Assembly (NCBI RefSeq): GCF_009914755.1
Contig: NC_060943.1
Source: the human T2T-CHM13v2.0 reference genome, Homo sapiens
DNA length: 64,000 bases
Direction: 5' to 3' (one strand)
Shown here: piece after piece, positions 1-21,186 of the stretch
Layout of the letters: each line of letters opens with the position of its first letter
Position numbering within the stretch: the stretch's first letter is position 1
The notes under the pieces: model-generated
Seen by the model: only the letters and a program-made list of their open reading frames with translations
Database searches by the model: none
Told to the model about the DNA's origin: nothing
Translations under genes and position numbers: made by a program

Positions 1-328
1 AAAAAAAAAAAAAAGTATGTTACAGAGCACTGTGCTGGGAATAACATATTATATGATTTAACTCTCATAACATCATGCAAGTTGGTACTAAGTGTTTAAT
101 AATTACCAGGATTTAGATAAAGAGCCCAGCATTTTTAACTCTTCTACTGTTTCTCTGTCATTGGTTTTTTAAAAAATGTGTAGAAAAGCCAGGCGCGGTG
201 GTTCATGCTTGTAATCCCAGCACTTTGGGAGGCCCAGGCGGGCAGATCATGAGGTCAGGAGTTTGAGACCAGCCTAGCCAACATGGTGAAGCCCCGTCTC
301 TACTAAAAATACAAAAATTAGCTAGTCA

Positions 329-537
<209 letters not shown>

Positions 538-2670
538 TTAATGTAGTTTTGAGGAATTTTTACTGGGTTTATATTTACTTTTTTGTGACTTGTGGAACAA
601 CTACTGAATCTGCAGGAATAGAAAACAAGTTCCTAAATGGAATGTTTCTGCAACCTTGGTTTTAATAAAAAATTAAGAAATTAAGACCCTAAAATACATA
701 TTTTACTTTTCCCATTTATCTGCTTTTGGGTTTCAGGAAATTGGGAGCACCAGCTCTAGAGAGGCAGCAGAATTCAACAACCAAAACTCTGATCTCTTCT
801 GATCAGTTCTGTGAGGCAAGACTCCAGGGCTGGGTGAGATCTAAACAAGGCCCTCAAGAAGGGTGAATCTGAACAGAACTGGGGAAGGGGAGACCCTCTG
901 TAGAATTCTGTTCTCTATGCCACTGGGGTATTTCAAGTTCTGTTTTTTGTAAGCTTACCTAAGAGAAACTTAAATCCCAGCGTTTGCGTAATTTTAATCT
1001 TTTCTAGCCACTGCCCTGTCAATTTTATAACATATACTAATAAGCAATTTAAACAAATCTCTTAAGGTTTTCTAGGGTAATATTATTAGAAGATAAATAT
1101 GTATTATTATTAGCAAGATAAAAGAAATCAAAAAATAATAATGCTTCTGTCCATAAATATCCCTTCAAGTGATGACATCAGAAGCCACAACAATATAAAT
1201 AAAGTGGCCCAAATAAAGCTCACAATTTTTTCACACATCTATTTGCTATACCAACCATATGATACTTAATTCAACCATTTATTCAGTTGCTAGTCTAGAC
1301 TAAGAGTTTCTGGATTGTAGAAACCATGACTGCTTCATCTATTTTTCTAATGGCCATATAAAATTATAGCAATCAGTTTATCTGCTTGAGTCTCCAGATC
1401 TCCTCCTTGTTTTTACCCAAGTACCAGAAAACTGGAGAAATTCATCTGGGTACCAATCAAAAACATCCCTTGTATAAGGGAAGGAACAAACACAGGATGA
1501 CTCATTTCTCTTACACTGAGGGAAAAGCAGAATTAACCACTCTTGTCAGCCTGACACAATTCTGCTCTGGACATCCTCAAATGTCTCAAAAATGCCTACG
1601 TAATTGTGAGAGGGTTCCCAGTGACCCTGGGCTGATGGTCCAATAATAAGCCAGGCTAGAGAGAGTCATGCTGATTCTAAATAGAAAATGGAACTGCCCT
1701 GGTTGAGCTCCAGAATTACTTGTTCTGATTAACTAGCTTTTGGATAGAAGGAAGGACAAGAATATTGTACATAACATTTTACAGGCAGGTATAGTTGTGG
1801 TCATGGCTCCGGATACTTTGCGGTCTTGATCTCTCACTCCTAAGATGTTTATTTATATTTACAGAATTTGCCATCAGATTCTGTTTACATCTGGAGCCTC
1901 TCACGTAACTGTGGCAGACCTGCTACAAGATCTTACTGGACAAAATCTGAAAAGCTCAAAGAGCCACAGTCTCAAAGGGAGCTGTAGGATGTCTATGTTG
2001 ACATCTCACAGTGCAGAAAATGCCTTCTATTGGTTTTCAGTACATTCCCAATTCAAAGTCTGGCCCTGTCTTGTAATCCCAGGCAGAAGCCAGATCTTAT
2101 GTGCAGATTCTAAGTGGGATCAACCTGACTCTGCATCCTTAGGTGTTACAGAAAGCAAAGTACAATCAAAGGAGAGATCCCCTCAGAGGCCGCTCTGGCA
2201 CGTTCCAAATGATGTTTACCTAAAAGGAAATAGCTGAGGAAACATGAATGTAAGTATACAATTTATTTGGGCCAAACTTGAGGATTGTAACCTGGGAGCA
2301 AATATTCAAGTTGCCTGGAATATATACTTTGATTAGCAGCAGTTACAATTGGATTGGAAAGACAAAAAGAGAGGCGCATAGAGTGGGTTGATACAAAGTT
2401 GTCTGTCAACATTTTTTTATTTACAAAAATAAATTGATTATTGATTGGATATACATTGTTAGGCTATAGGGTGTGGGTTATAGTGTCCAGTGTGGCATTT
2501 AGTTCAATTTATAGCTACTTGTGGCAATAGCAAGCAGTTTCAAGTGGTAACTACATAGCTCAAAGAAAAAAGAAAGACATAATTGTGGTCTCATTTTAAT
2601 GTCTCTCTGAGACTTATAAAGAAAAGGATTATTAGCCAGGCATGGTGGTGCAGGCCTGTAATCCCAGCTA

Positions 2671-2778
<108 letters not shown>

Positions 2779-3517
2779 TCAAAAAAAAAAAAAACCTTTT
2801 ATATAGGAAATGCAAATCCTTTTCTTTTCTTTTCTTTTCTTTTTTCTTTTTTTTTTTTTTTTGAGACAGGGTTTCGCTCTTGTTGCCCCTGCTGGAGTGC
2901 AGTGGCGCAATCTCAGCTCACCGCAACTTCCTCCTCCCGGATTCTCCTGCCTCAGCCTCCTGAGTAGCTGGGATTACAGGCATGCGCCACCACGCCTGGC
3001 TAATTTTTTGTATTTTTAGTAGAGACAGGGTTTCTCCATGCTAGTAAGGCTGGTCTCGAACTCCCGACCTCAGGTGATCCACCCGTCTTGGCCTCCCAAA
3101 GTGCTGGGATTACAGGAGTAAGCCAGTGGGCCCGGCAAAGTTTTCATTTTTTCCAAGCCTCAAGATCTAGATTCAGAAATTGGAGCTGCAGATTCAGATT
3201 CTGGATGGGTGGAGTAGCAGCAGGTATTACTTGCACATTTGTGGACATTTTAGCAAGAGGAGAAAAAAGGAATTAAAAATTCTCATGTCTACATATCTAT
3301 TCAATGCACACATGTTATTCTGCTAGGGTTTTTGGGCCCCATGGTCTCTGAGTCAGCTTCAGGTCTGATGACAGGAGTCCCTGAGGCTGGGCACGGTGGC
3401 TCACGCCTGTAATCCCAACACTTTGGGAGGCTGAGATGGGTGGATCATGAGGTCAGGAGTTTGAGACCAGCCTGGCCAATATGGTGAAATCCCATCTCTC
3501 TTTTTTTTTTTTTTTGA

Positions 3518-4236
<719 letters not shown>

Positions 4237-4849
4237 TTATATCACGTCTGGTAATTCTAGACTGTGTTTGGAAAATATAACAAGAGAAATTATCTCCAGC
4301 CCCAGAAAAACTTCACAATGATGGAAAAGAAAGAAAACTTTTATTACACAATTAAACCAGAATGTGACATGCATCACAATCAATCTGCTTAAGAGACTGC
4401 AAAGACAGAAAGATAGTCACCATAATTAGTCCACAAGTCGAAGAATTTACAGCACCATGTCATACAGAGCTCATCCTAAATTCACCTGGTCATTGGGGAT
4501 GCCACCTATCTATGCTAATTGGTTATAATCAATGACAAAATAAACTTTTCACATCTTCATGACAGGAGGTAGTTTTGCAACTTGACACCAGGTGCCTGCT
4601 GAAGGTAGACTCTCAGTCTCCTACTACAATGGTTGAATAGGGTGCTATCTTTTTGGTTATTTACACTTTAAAGCAATGGCTCTCTATGTTCTGAGCACTC
4701 AGCTACAGCACTCCTGCTTGCCGTCTACTTATGGCTAGTGTCCTCTCTTGACCCCTACCATCTGCCAATGAGGCACAGCCCAAAGCACAGAGCTCACAGC
4801 TGGCAGCTTACATCTTAAGTGAGCCCCAATTGCCACAGCAGCACTCCAG

Positions 4850-6165
4850 TACCTCATCAGAGACTGAAGACTATGGTACAGGAGAGCCTACAGGATTTGG
4901 GGGTAGAATTGCACCTTCATAATAATGGGAATGGGAGTGGTGTTTCAGCCTCAGTTTCAATTTATTATGGTGACTTGAAAAAAATACTGCTGGATTTCCA
5001 GCATGAGTCCAGATAGAGATAGGATGGTTCTCCCTGTGAAAACCCACCTCTTTGTCAACACCAAGGGATAGCATTAGGGCTTCTAAAACAGACATCTGAA
5101 GCATTGAAGAGAAAAACAGCTCTTGGTCTGATTCTACTGCAAAAATTATATTGAGAGAAAAAAGAAGTTAAATGTATCTTGAGAAAAAACTCAGATTAGA
5201 TATGATTGATCAAGTCAGTCAGAAAATATTCCCCTAAAAGGAATTTCTCTTAAAATACCCCTAATGCACAGCTACTCTTGGCATGAGAAACATGAGCATT
5301 ATGAAGAAAAAAAGCATATTCTCAGCAGAATTTTATAAGGTTTCTCTTCCATCTCTGCTGCTCTCATCTCCTAGCCATTGAATGGGGGTTCCATATTGAA
5401 ATACAACTGACAATTCACCAGCACTTTTTAAATTACGAACTGGAATCTGACTTTGTTCATATAGTAGAATATATGTGAGCTTGCCGCATAACTAACTGAA
5501 GGGCTATTATGGTTTTTGGGTGACCACATCACCTGTCTATTTGTCCTGGAATGGCAGCATTCCAATTTAGTAAAATGAAAGACACTAAAATTATGCTTAC
5601 CTATAACTATCCCTATTGGATAAAACAATATGTATGTCAGACACATATCTACTGTAACAATTTGGTAGTATTTTTTGATATTAGCTATATAAATAAATAT
5701 AAATAATTTTAATGTACTAGTCATAATGTATGTAGGATTTTTAAACATTGTCTATAACCATAATTCAGTTTAAACATTTTATATTTCAGAAGTATAAATA
5801 ACAATATTAAAATGACTGCTTAGGAGATTCAAAGTAAATATTTTGATCTTATATTCATACTATTGTAGAAAATACTTTTTAATTTATATGAATGTATGTT
5901 GTCTAAAAACACTTCAGATAACTATGCTAATTGTTCTTAATAAATAGAAACCAAAGTACAACTACAGGCTCCACTTTTCAGTTTATACACTGAACTGTTC
6001 TTGTTTTTGCAGTGTAAGTACTTCAGCCTGCAAATATTAGATAATTACTTTGGATAATTAGTGTTCTGTAAAAGGAACCTAGTATGTTTTAGTCCTTATT
6101 ATTCTGTATTGCTAAATTTACTCCTATCATTGTGTTCAATTTGTGTGTGCTCCTAATATGAGTTT
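4850..6165 (+). pseudogene. BNIP3P: BNIP3 processed pseudogene (CDS homology ~4875-5431 plus 3'UTR), antisense in intron 1 of the minus-strand gene
   Basis: [44 protein letters not shown] versus BNIP3 [44 protein letters not shown]. Downstream remnants include [17 protein letters not shown] and PSLLLS. Intronless, with stops and frameshifts. The 3' end is cut by an Alu at ~6165. Confidence 0.93.
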
Positions 6166-6185
6166 TTTTTTTTTTAATTTTTTGA

Positions 6186-6341
<156 letters not shown>

Positions 6342-6365
6342 TAGTAGAGAAAGCCACGCGTGGCT

Positions 6366-8610
<2,245 letters not shown>

Positions 8611-8942
8611 AGGAAAAAACTCCATGGGTAAGGGAGAGTGCAATATAGACGGAAGGACTGGTTTGTGCCTGGGTGGGGCTGTACTCTAATTTATTTCTCT
8701 GTTCATACAGGCAGGTGAGATTATGAACAGGTGGTCCAGAACCCTAGGTTGGTGGAGAAAACAGGTTGCTGGTGCAGATTCAGTGTCTGGGGGTGCGGAT
8801 ATGCCAGGAGACTTGTAGACATGTTTGTGAGTTTGTAGCAAGAAACACCAGGATCAAAAATGCTGTGGTAAAATTCCTGAGGGTGGTGCCTAGTCCTGGG
8901 AATAAGTGTGGACACGTCAATGTCTAATGGGTATGTTTGTGA

Positions 8943-9150
<208 letters not shown>

Positions 9151-9499
9151 TAGCTGAGATTACAAGAACGCACCACCATGCCCAGCTTATTTTTTCTATC
9201 TGTAGTAGGGACGGGGTTTTGCCACGTTGCCCAGGCTGGTCTTGAACTCCTGAGCTCAGGCAATCCACCCGCCTCGGCCTCCCAAAGTGCTAGGATTACA
9301 GGCGTGAGCCACGGCACCCGGCCAGAGCTCCTATTCTCTAATTTTTCAGTCCTCTCTCACCGTGGGAGAACTGAAATCACAGGACAATGGGCAGTGTGAC
9401 AGCCTGTGTACAGGAGAGCAGAGCGTCCCATTCCCAGACATCCAGAGTTTTATTCCAGGTCAGGCCCCCGTATCTTTTTTCTGGCACCAAATCTGCAGT

Positions 9500-9860
9500 T
9501 TACTGAAAACCAAGCAATTCTCTAACACTAACTCATTGTCTAACATTTTATTTCTGACACCACCCAGTGTCAGCACAGGCCCTGACTCAGTCCCACACTG
9601 TCCTTACGGCAGATGCCAGGCACAAACTCCATGGGCCCATTTACATTTCTGAGCTACTGTTTAAAAATTGAGGACTCCCATAACCTTTTTCAAGTTCAAT
9701 AATTTGATAAAGCTACTCATAGAACTCAGCAAATACTGTAGTTATATTTACCAGTTTATTATAAAAGATACAACCCAGGAAAAGTCAAATGGCAGACATG
9801 TATAGAACAAAGAAAGGTGGGGAAAGATGACACACATAGACAATCCAGATAAATAACTGT
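9500..9860. mobile_element. MER21-like LTR fragment (inverted paralog ~53800-54070)
   Basis: CTCAGTCCCACACTGTCC..GCAGATGCCAG..AGAACTCAG..TTACCAGTTTATTATAAAAGATACAAC resembles recalled MER21. Confidence 0.5.
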
Positions 9861-10741
9861 GATTAATAAAATTCTTCATTGTTTGTGTTCTCCAGGAACA
9901 GTTTATCGAAAGAAACACCCTTCCCATTATGACTTAGATGGTGCTCTCTTTTCTTATCTATCACATAGCAGACACCGACTCTGCACATTTTTTTTCTTAT
10001 TGAAAAATCAGTTGAATTTGACTTCAGTGGTGAAAATAAAATACTTCTTAAGGAAACTTTACTTAAGTTTGTCTTTTTCCCCAAGGCTTCTGAACTTTAC
10101 AATCCCATTTTATGTAACTCCAAAGAACAGGCTGACTTCAGTGTGAAACATTCTCTGATCTAAAATCTGATTTTTTCACCCTGCATTTGCCATTCCCCTT
10201 CCACCTCCTTTCTAATCTTGTTTGTTCCTCCCTAGGAAAGGAAGCCTTTGTCTGCCTGAACTTTGCAATTCTTAAAGACCTTGTAGTTGGTACTTCTGTT
10301 GCAATATTTCTTTGGAAGTCAAAATTTTTATGTAAATTCAACCTTGTTTTATTTTCAAAGTCTATAAACTGCCTCAAAACAAGAACAACTTCATCTTCAG
10401 TAAGACCCTCCCAATCCCCTTTCATTTTAACATCAACTGCATCCACCTGTGGGTCCCCAGCTTTCCAGGGCTCTGTAGCTTCTCCCAGGATAAAGACTTC
10501 TATGGCTGGGGTGAGCAGGCTGGGATATCTACAGAGGAGACTCCCCAGAAAAAACTAACTGGGCCTTTAATAAAATTTTTTTGCAGGCTCAATATTAGCC
10601 TTAGCTCTGAGCCAGTGGGCTAAAGCTTTAATTTCCATGTCAAGAGTTATTCACTTGGTCTTTGAAACTTAAGTGTTTAGCCAGGCGCAGTGGCTCACGC
10701 CTGTAATCCCAACACTTTGGGAGGCTGAGGCGGGCGGATCA

Positions 10742-11317
<576 letters not shown>

Positions 11318-11768
11318 TCAAACACAGTGTTGACATAAGAGAAGAAAATTTTAGGGTGCTTATATTTCATATCTCAATAAGAAAAGCAAAAGTGTCCATT
11401 CCTTTCAAACAATAAATGCATTATTTTATTATTTCCATTAAAAGTCATATAGTAAACAATTAGTCATATGGAAACATGTCTAGGAGGTACCAAGTTTCAA
11501 ATAAAATTTAGCTTAAAACTCAGAAATCAAGATAACAGGATTTGAACAGAGATATTCACTGTCACAAATTTACCCTGCAAAAAGAGGAGCTGATGCTTTC
11601 ATGAATCTATGTAACTCAGCAATTATCTACCACATTTTCTTGTGAAAATGTACTCATTTTCTACAGCCAAAATGGGAAAGACATTTCCCCTATTCTTTTT
11701 CTTGGTAGCATTCTTAAACAGCCTTGAAATTTTATTGGAAATTACCAAGCCATAAAAAATACACCTGA

Positions 11769-13735
<1,967 letters not shown>

Positions 13736-13880
13736 CTAAGAAAGGAAAACTTAAATGAGAATTTCTCACAAATAAAATACATGATTAATATTAATTTTTT
13801 CTGAAATCCACCTCTTTTATGCCCTCTGTTAATATTTTCTTACCTTCCAAGTCCTATTAATAAAATGCAATTTACAGTTA

Positions 13881-14324
<444 letters not shown>

Positions 14325-14597
14325 TTAAGTGCTCAATAACCACCCTCTCAGGAGACATTACACTATGCCCCAGGTGCATTTTACTTTGTAAGTTCTTGCA
14401 CCATCTCACTTGGGTCAGGTTTTTCTTTGTCTTTTGGGATACTTTTTTTTTTCCACAAAATTTAGAGAATTCAGGGGGCAGAAATTATTTCTGTGTTTTC
14501 CCCTCAATACCAGCATCTGATTGGCTGACCAGCACTGTGTCTCCAAGAAATGGAAGCTGGGTTGGGTGAAGACAATCTTAATGTCTCAAGGGGTTAG

Positions 14598-14690
14598 CTT
14601 TTCAAAGGAAGAGTATGCCAGGAGATGCCTCTCAGCCCCAGGGCATCCACCTGCTCCCTTGAGAAGCTACACTCCATACCTCAGGTTGTC
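14598..14690 (-). pseudogene. Non-functional paralog of the 93-nt N-terminal exon
   Basis: Same length and collinear with 48297-48389. Reads DNLRYGV* (TAG at 14669-14667). The donor is AAG|ctaacc instead of AAG|gtaacc. Confidence 0.88.
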
Positions 14691-15559
14691 CTCAGGGAGA
14701 AAAATGACCCAGGAGCTGATATTCACTAGACACTCTAGCAGAAAAAGTCATGATGTGTATCTTGGTTTACTCCAGACAGTACTGAAACCCAGGACCAGGA
14801 AAAAACTGAAGGGTGGCTGAAGACACATCACTCCGTAAAGTTTCCAAAGAAAAACCTTCACCTGAAAACAAACATTCTGATAAGATTTCTGTGCCTAAGG
14901 AAGATAAAAAAAAAAGCCATAGAAATTTCATAAAATACAGTGTCAGGGAATTATTTTTTGCTTTCTTCTCATGAGAAATATTTTCAACCAGAAAACAATT
15001 TTAAGTGCCATCCAATGCTTTGTCAAAAAATGATTAACTAAAATACAGTATCAAAAATGTACACTAAAGGAAAAACAGTTGAGAATGTGAATTAGGAAAG
15101 GCAAGCTGGCATTTGGAAATGTCAGAAGGAACTAGAAATTTAGTATTTTAGTTTATTTGCAGTTTAAATCTAACTGCAGGCCAGAGTTAGGCTGGAGGAA
15201 TGGGGCTGGGAGGTACACTTGAGACCCCGCTTGGAACGCATGTGAAAAATGCAGGGGAAAATCAGTCCCCTGTGGAGTGTGAGAATAATTAAGTGGCAGG
15301 CAATTACACTGAGGAGGCTCTAGTCCCCGGCTTTCTACTTAACAGCAACAGCTACGTAAATGTACCTAACCGATTATTAAATATAGTTTTCTTCATCATG
15401 CACCTTATAAAAAGTCTTTCCTTCAAGCTCCTCCCATGAACCACAAACTACAAAACATACTTTTGTGCTCTACAATTATTGAATCACTCTTTGATTAAAT
15501 TCTTTAATATTTTTTGCGATGACTGCCACAGATTTTTAATAGGAGAAAATAGGAACCGG

Positions 15560-16260
15560 GAACCCCACAGACCAAAGCTCTTCCCATTCATGAACCCGAC
15601 CCCAAGTCAGGATTCTCCCCTGACCACCCTCCCATGGTCCCTGCACAATCTGGGAGAGGCGCGGCGCTGCCGGTGCAGAGCCGCCCAGAGAGGGCTGAAA
15701 GCCAGGGCACAGTCACTGCGCAGGGAAGAGACAGGACGCCCGGGGGCCCGGCTGTCGGCGCAGCCGCCATCTTATGGCTGAAGGGGACTGAGGCCGAGCT
15801 AGGCAAGGAGAACTCGGAGCGCAGATTGTGGAGATGACTGCGGGGAGTCCTGAGTCCCGCCACAGCCACTTCCCACAGGTTTCAACCAGCCCTTCCCCTC
15901 TCTCGGGATGTCGGACGGCACTCTCACCATTTCTAGGCTTCCAGAGGGTCCTGGAGTCTTAGCTGTGGATCTCCCAATACCTGCAGGTCACAGAGCCACA
16001 GAGTCTGGGCCTCTAGGAGCAGAGGACAAACAGCAGTGAAGACGAGACCGGAGCTCCGGCTGCAGCAAGAGACAAAGGCCGCGCCAAACCCGGAAGCCGC
16101 CCTGTCGGGTCCAGCTGCGTGTCTGAGTGAACTGTCCCCAGCTCAGAGTCCCTGATTGGATAATGTTAAAACCCGCCCCTTCAGGCCCTGAGTGACGGAA
16201 GATGTGATCAGATGCTGGGCTGAATGAAGTGTGACAGCCTATGCTGCAGCCTTTTCAGGC
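15560..16260 (-). promoter_or_regulatory. CpG-island promoter of the minus-strand ZNF gene
   Basis: CpG-rich. CCAAT box (ATTGG 16155-16159), GC box near 16172, ETS/GABPA-type CCGGAAG 16090-16096, YY1 motif CCGCCATCTT 15764-15773 in intron 1. Confidence 0.85.
15928..16120 (-). CDS. ZNF708: Paralogous KRAB-ZNF gene, exon 1 (5'UTR plus ATG at 15930-15928; 5' limit approximate); intron 1 runs off the left end
   Basis: Reverse complement reads CCTAGAA-ATG|gtgaga, collinear with 45500-45680. The symbol is inferred from remembered gene order (divergent neighbour about 30 kb upstream of ZNF738), not from coding sequence. Confidence 0.75.
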
Positions 16261-16426
16261 AAGGCTTCCTCCCTGAGCTGAGCCAGGCCCACCCGAGAGG
16301 GTGTTTGCCTTTAATCTTGTGTATAAGGTCATATGCCCTTATAAATAATATGCTATATGGCTATTCACAAATGAAAAGAATATAATAACCCAATTGTTCT
16401 AAAAAAAATTTTTTTTTTGAGATTGA

Positions 16427-16582
<156 letters not shown>

Positions 16583-16789
16583 TAGTAGAGACAGGGTTTC
16601 TCCATGTTGGTCAGGCTGGTCTCAAACTCCAGACCTCAGGTGATCCTCCCGCCTCGGCCTCCCAAAATGCTGGGATTACAGGCATGAGCCACTGCGCCCG
16701 GCCCAACTGTTCTAAAATTTTATATTTTGTGACCTTCCTGACTTCTGGTCCTTTGAGCAGGCAGCCTGAGATTTTAAAAAGGAGGCAAT

Positions 16790-17620
<831 letters not shown>

Positions 17621-17889
17621 AGCTCTGACATCAGGAGGGTGAACGACCTGAACATCCCTTTTCTGCCGGAGGTGAGGAGAGAGCCTCTCCCTACCAACAT
17701 CTCTCTTCGGTTCTGAGGGTAGAACAGACAGTGGTCATAGACAGAGCAGAGGGCAGGCCGGGCGGAGTGGCTCACGCCTGTAATCCCAGCACTTTGGGAG
17801 GCGGAGGCGGGCGGCTCACGAGGTCAGGAGTTCGAGACCAGCCTGACTAACATGGTGAAACCCCGTCTCTACTAAAAATACAAAAATTA

Positions 17890-18105
<216 letters not shown>

Positions 18106-18512
18106 CTATTGCCCTCCTTCCTTCTAGAGATCAGACAGTGAACAAAGGATGATGGGGCCAAAGGAGAAGAGAACCCTATGTCTCTTCAGGCCCGTCCACA
18201 CTCTTGACCTCCAATTTTTAGATATGAAAAAAAAATAGATTAAAGGCAAGCTTATCTTGCTATTTGGCCTTGGCCCTAATGGTCAGGCTGTGGTTGTCTA
18301 TTTTCTCCTGTGGTATGAGGGTCTGTGTGGGTATAGGCACCAATCACATGCATACAATGTCTACGTGTATTTCTGCATTACTCAATATTACCTTACAAGA
18401 CATCCAACTCTAAATCAGAGGAAAAAATAGTACCTTTAGAGTGTCCACTGTGTGAAGGTAAGTAGTACTGAATCTGTCATTAAATCCTGGCATCCTGTCT
18501 GCACTGGGTGCA

Positions 18513-18985
18513 TGTATTAGTTAGCTATTGCAGCATAACAAACCATCCAAAACTTATTAGCTCATAATTGAAATGGTCAGCCATTTGGGCTGGGCTCAGT
18601 GGGGCCATTTCTCTAGTCTCAGCTGAGCATTTTTAGACATGTATCATCAGCTGCTTGTTGACTAAGCAGCTGTGTTTCTGGGAGTGAGCTTCTGCTTCTG
18701 GAGCTGTCAACAGGGGCAACTTTTTTTCTCCTTTCCATGGTATCTTATTCTCTGACTGGCCAACGTGGGTTTTTCCCATGGAGATGGCAGCATTCTGAAA
18801 TAAAAACAGAAGCATTCAAGACCATTTGAGCCTGGGCCCCAAACTAGCCCACTGTCATGTCCACAGGTTTCTACTGCCCTGAGCAAGTACGACCCGCCAG
18901 ATCTAGTGTTCAGAAAACAGATTCTGGATCTCAATGGAACAACTGTAAAAGCACCTGGCAATGGGCAAGAATACAGGAGGATGAA
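18513..18985. mobile_element. MLT1-type MaLR LTR (inverted paralog ~43185-43665)
   Basis: TGTATTAGTTAGCTATTGCAGCATAACAAACCATCCAAAACTT is an MLT1-type terminus. Confidence 0.6.
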
Positions 18986-20010
18986 AAATTGCTACCATTT
19001 TGGTAATCATTATTATTCTGCCCTTTTTAATGTATGTGGTTTATAGAACTCTTCCACAGAAAGAAATTTGTCCAAAGACTAACGGCTACTAAGTGGCTGA
19101 GCTGAGATTCAGAATAAATTCTGACTTCAAAGCCCATGCACCACCATAGATAACAATATTACAGAATCTGCCCTAGTCCTTTGAAATCCTGGAGAGTGGA
19201 ACTTCTACAATAGAGGACAGAGGTCCTTTAGATTCATGCCCATATGGTACTGTTTATTATTGAGAATAATTCTCTCAAGAAATTCCAGAAGCAGACGGTG
19301 GCTTAAACCTGTAATCATAGTACTTTAAGAGGCTGAAATGGAAGAATCACGTGAGCTCAGGAGTTCAAGTGCAGCTTTGGCAACATGGTAAAATCTTGTC
19401 TCCATGAAAAAAAAAAGTTTAAATTAGCCAGGCATAATGGTGCATGTCTGTAGTCCCAGCTACTCAGTTGGCTGGGGCAGGAAGATTGCTGGAGCCTGGA
19501 AGGTCGGGGCTGCAGTGAGCCATGATGGGTTACACCATTACACTTCAGCCTGGGTAATAGAGTGAGACCCTGTCTCAAAATAAATAAATAAATACAATAA
19601 ATTACAGAAGCAATTTGAAAGGACATAAAATAATTTGGAAAAATAGCTAAGGATTGAGTTTATGAAATCAAAGCTGGCAGGGCATCGTGGCTTATGCCTG
19701 TAATCCCAGCACTTGGAGATGCCAAGGTGGGTGGATCACCTGAGGTGAGGAGTTCGAGACCATCCTGGCCAATCATGGAGAAACCCCATCTCTACTAGAA
19801 ATACAAAACTATCTGGACATGGTGGTGCTCACCTGTACACCCAGCTACTTGGGAGGCTGAGGAAGGAGAATCATTTGAACCCAGGAGGCGGAGGTTGCCA
19901 TGAGTGGAGATCCTGCCATTGAAGTCTAACATGGGTGGCAAGAGCAAAGCTCCACCTCCAAAAAAAAAAAAAAAATCAAAGCCCAGCAACACATTATATA
20001 TTTTTCATCA

Positions 20011-20157
<147 letters not shown>

Positions 20158-20160
20158 TCA

Positions 20161-20304
<144 letters not shown>

Positions 20305-20377
20305 TCAAAAAAAAAAAAAAAAAAAAAAAGCCGAACAACACATTATATATTTTTCATCATAGAAAAAATTGGAAAAC

Positions 20378-20785
20378 TTTTAAAAGAAAAAAACTTTAGA
20401 GAAATAAAATTAAATTTAACAGAGTTTAAGTGAGCAATGAATAATTTGCAAATCAGGCAGACTGTGGATCCACAGTAGGCTCAGTGAGACTCCAGCACAG
20501 CCACATGGTAGAAAAATATTTATGGACAGACAAAGCAAAGTGACATTCAGATAATGAAAGTGAGGTACAGAAACAGCAAGATTGATTAAAGCCAGGAATT
20601 TGCCTTATTTGAACATGGTTTGAACAGTTGATGTCCTCTTATTGGCAACAACACAGCAGTTGGTACAAAAATGGATTCCAGTCTATTTACATATCCAATT
20701 AGGTTTCCATTTACTATATATTAAAAAACCTATTAACCAAAATTAAACACAATAGGAAACAGCTTTAGGCTATAATTTAATAATT
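20378..20785 (-). mobile_element. MER57-type LTR (3' LTR)
   Basis: Matches recalled MER57 blocks AAATTAAATTTAACAGAGTTTAA, GTGAGGTACAGAAACAGC and TTTGCCTTATTTGAACATGGTTTGAACAGTTG. PPT-like TTTTTCCCTTTT is adjacent. Confidence 0.7.
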
Positions 20786-20875
20786 TTTCCCTTTTGGACA
20801 TCTTCTCAATGTTGAGAAATAGACCAGAACTTTAGATAATGATATCACTCTGTTACCATAAAAAAAATGTACTTA

Positions 20876-21186
<311 letters not shown>

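Noticed and set aside
1700-2200. Non-Alu block conserved in both arms (with 57260-57700) and carrying a 130-aa ORF
   Set aside because: The similarity is explained by the duplication, the ORF has no recognisable motif, and indels distinguish the two copies.
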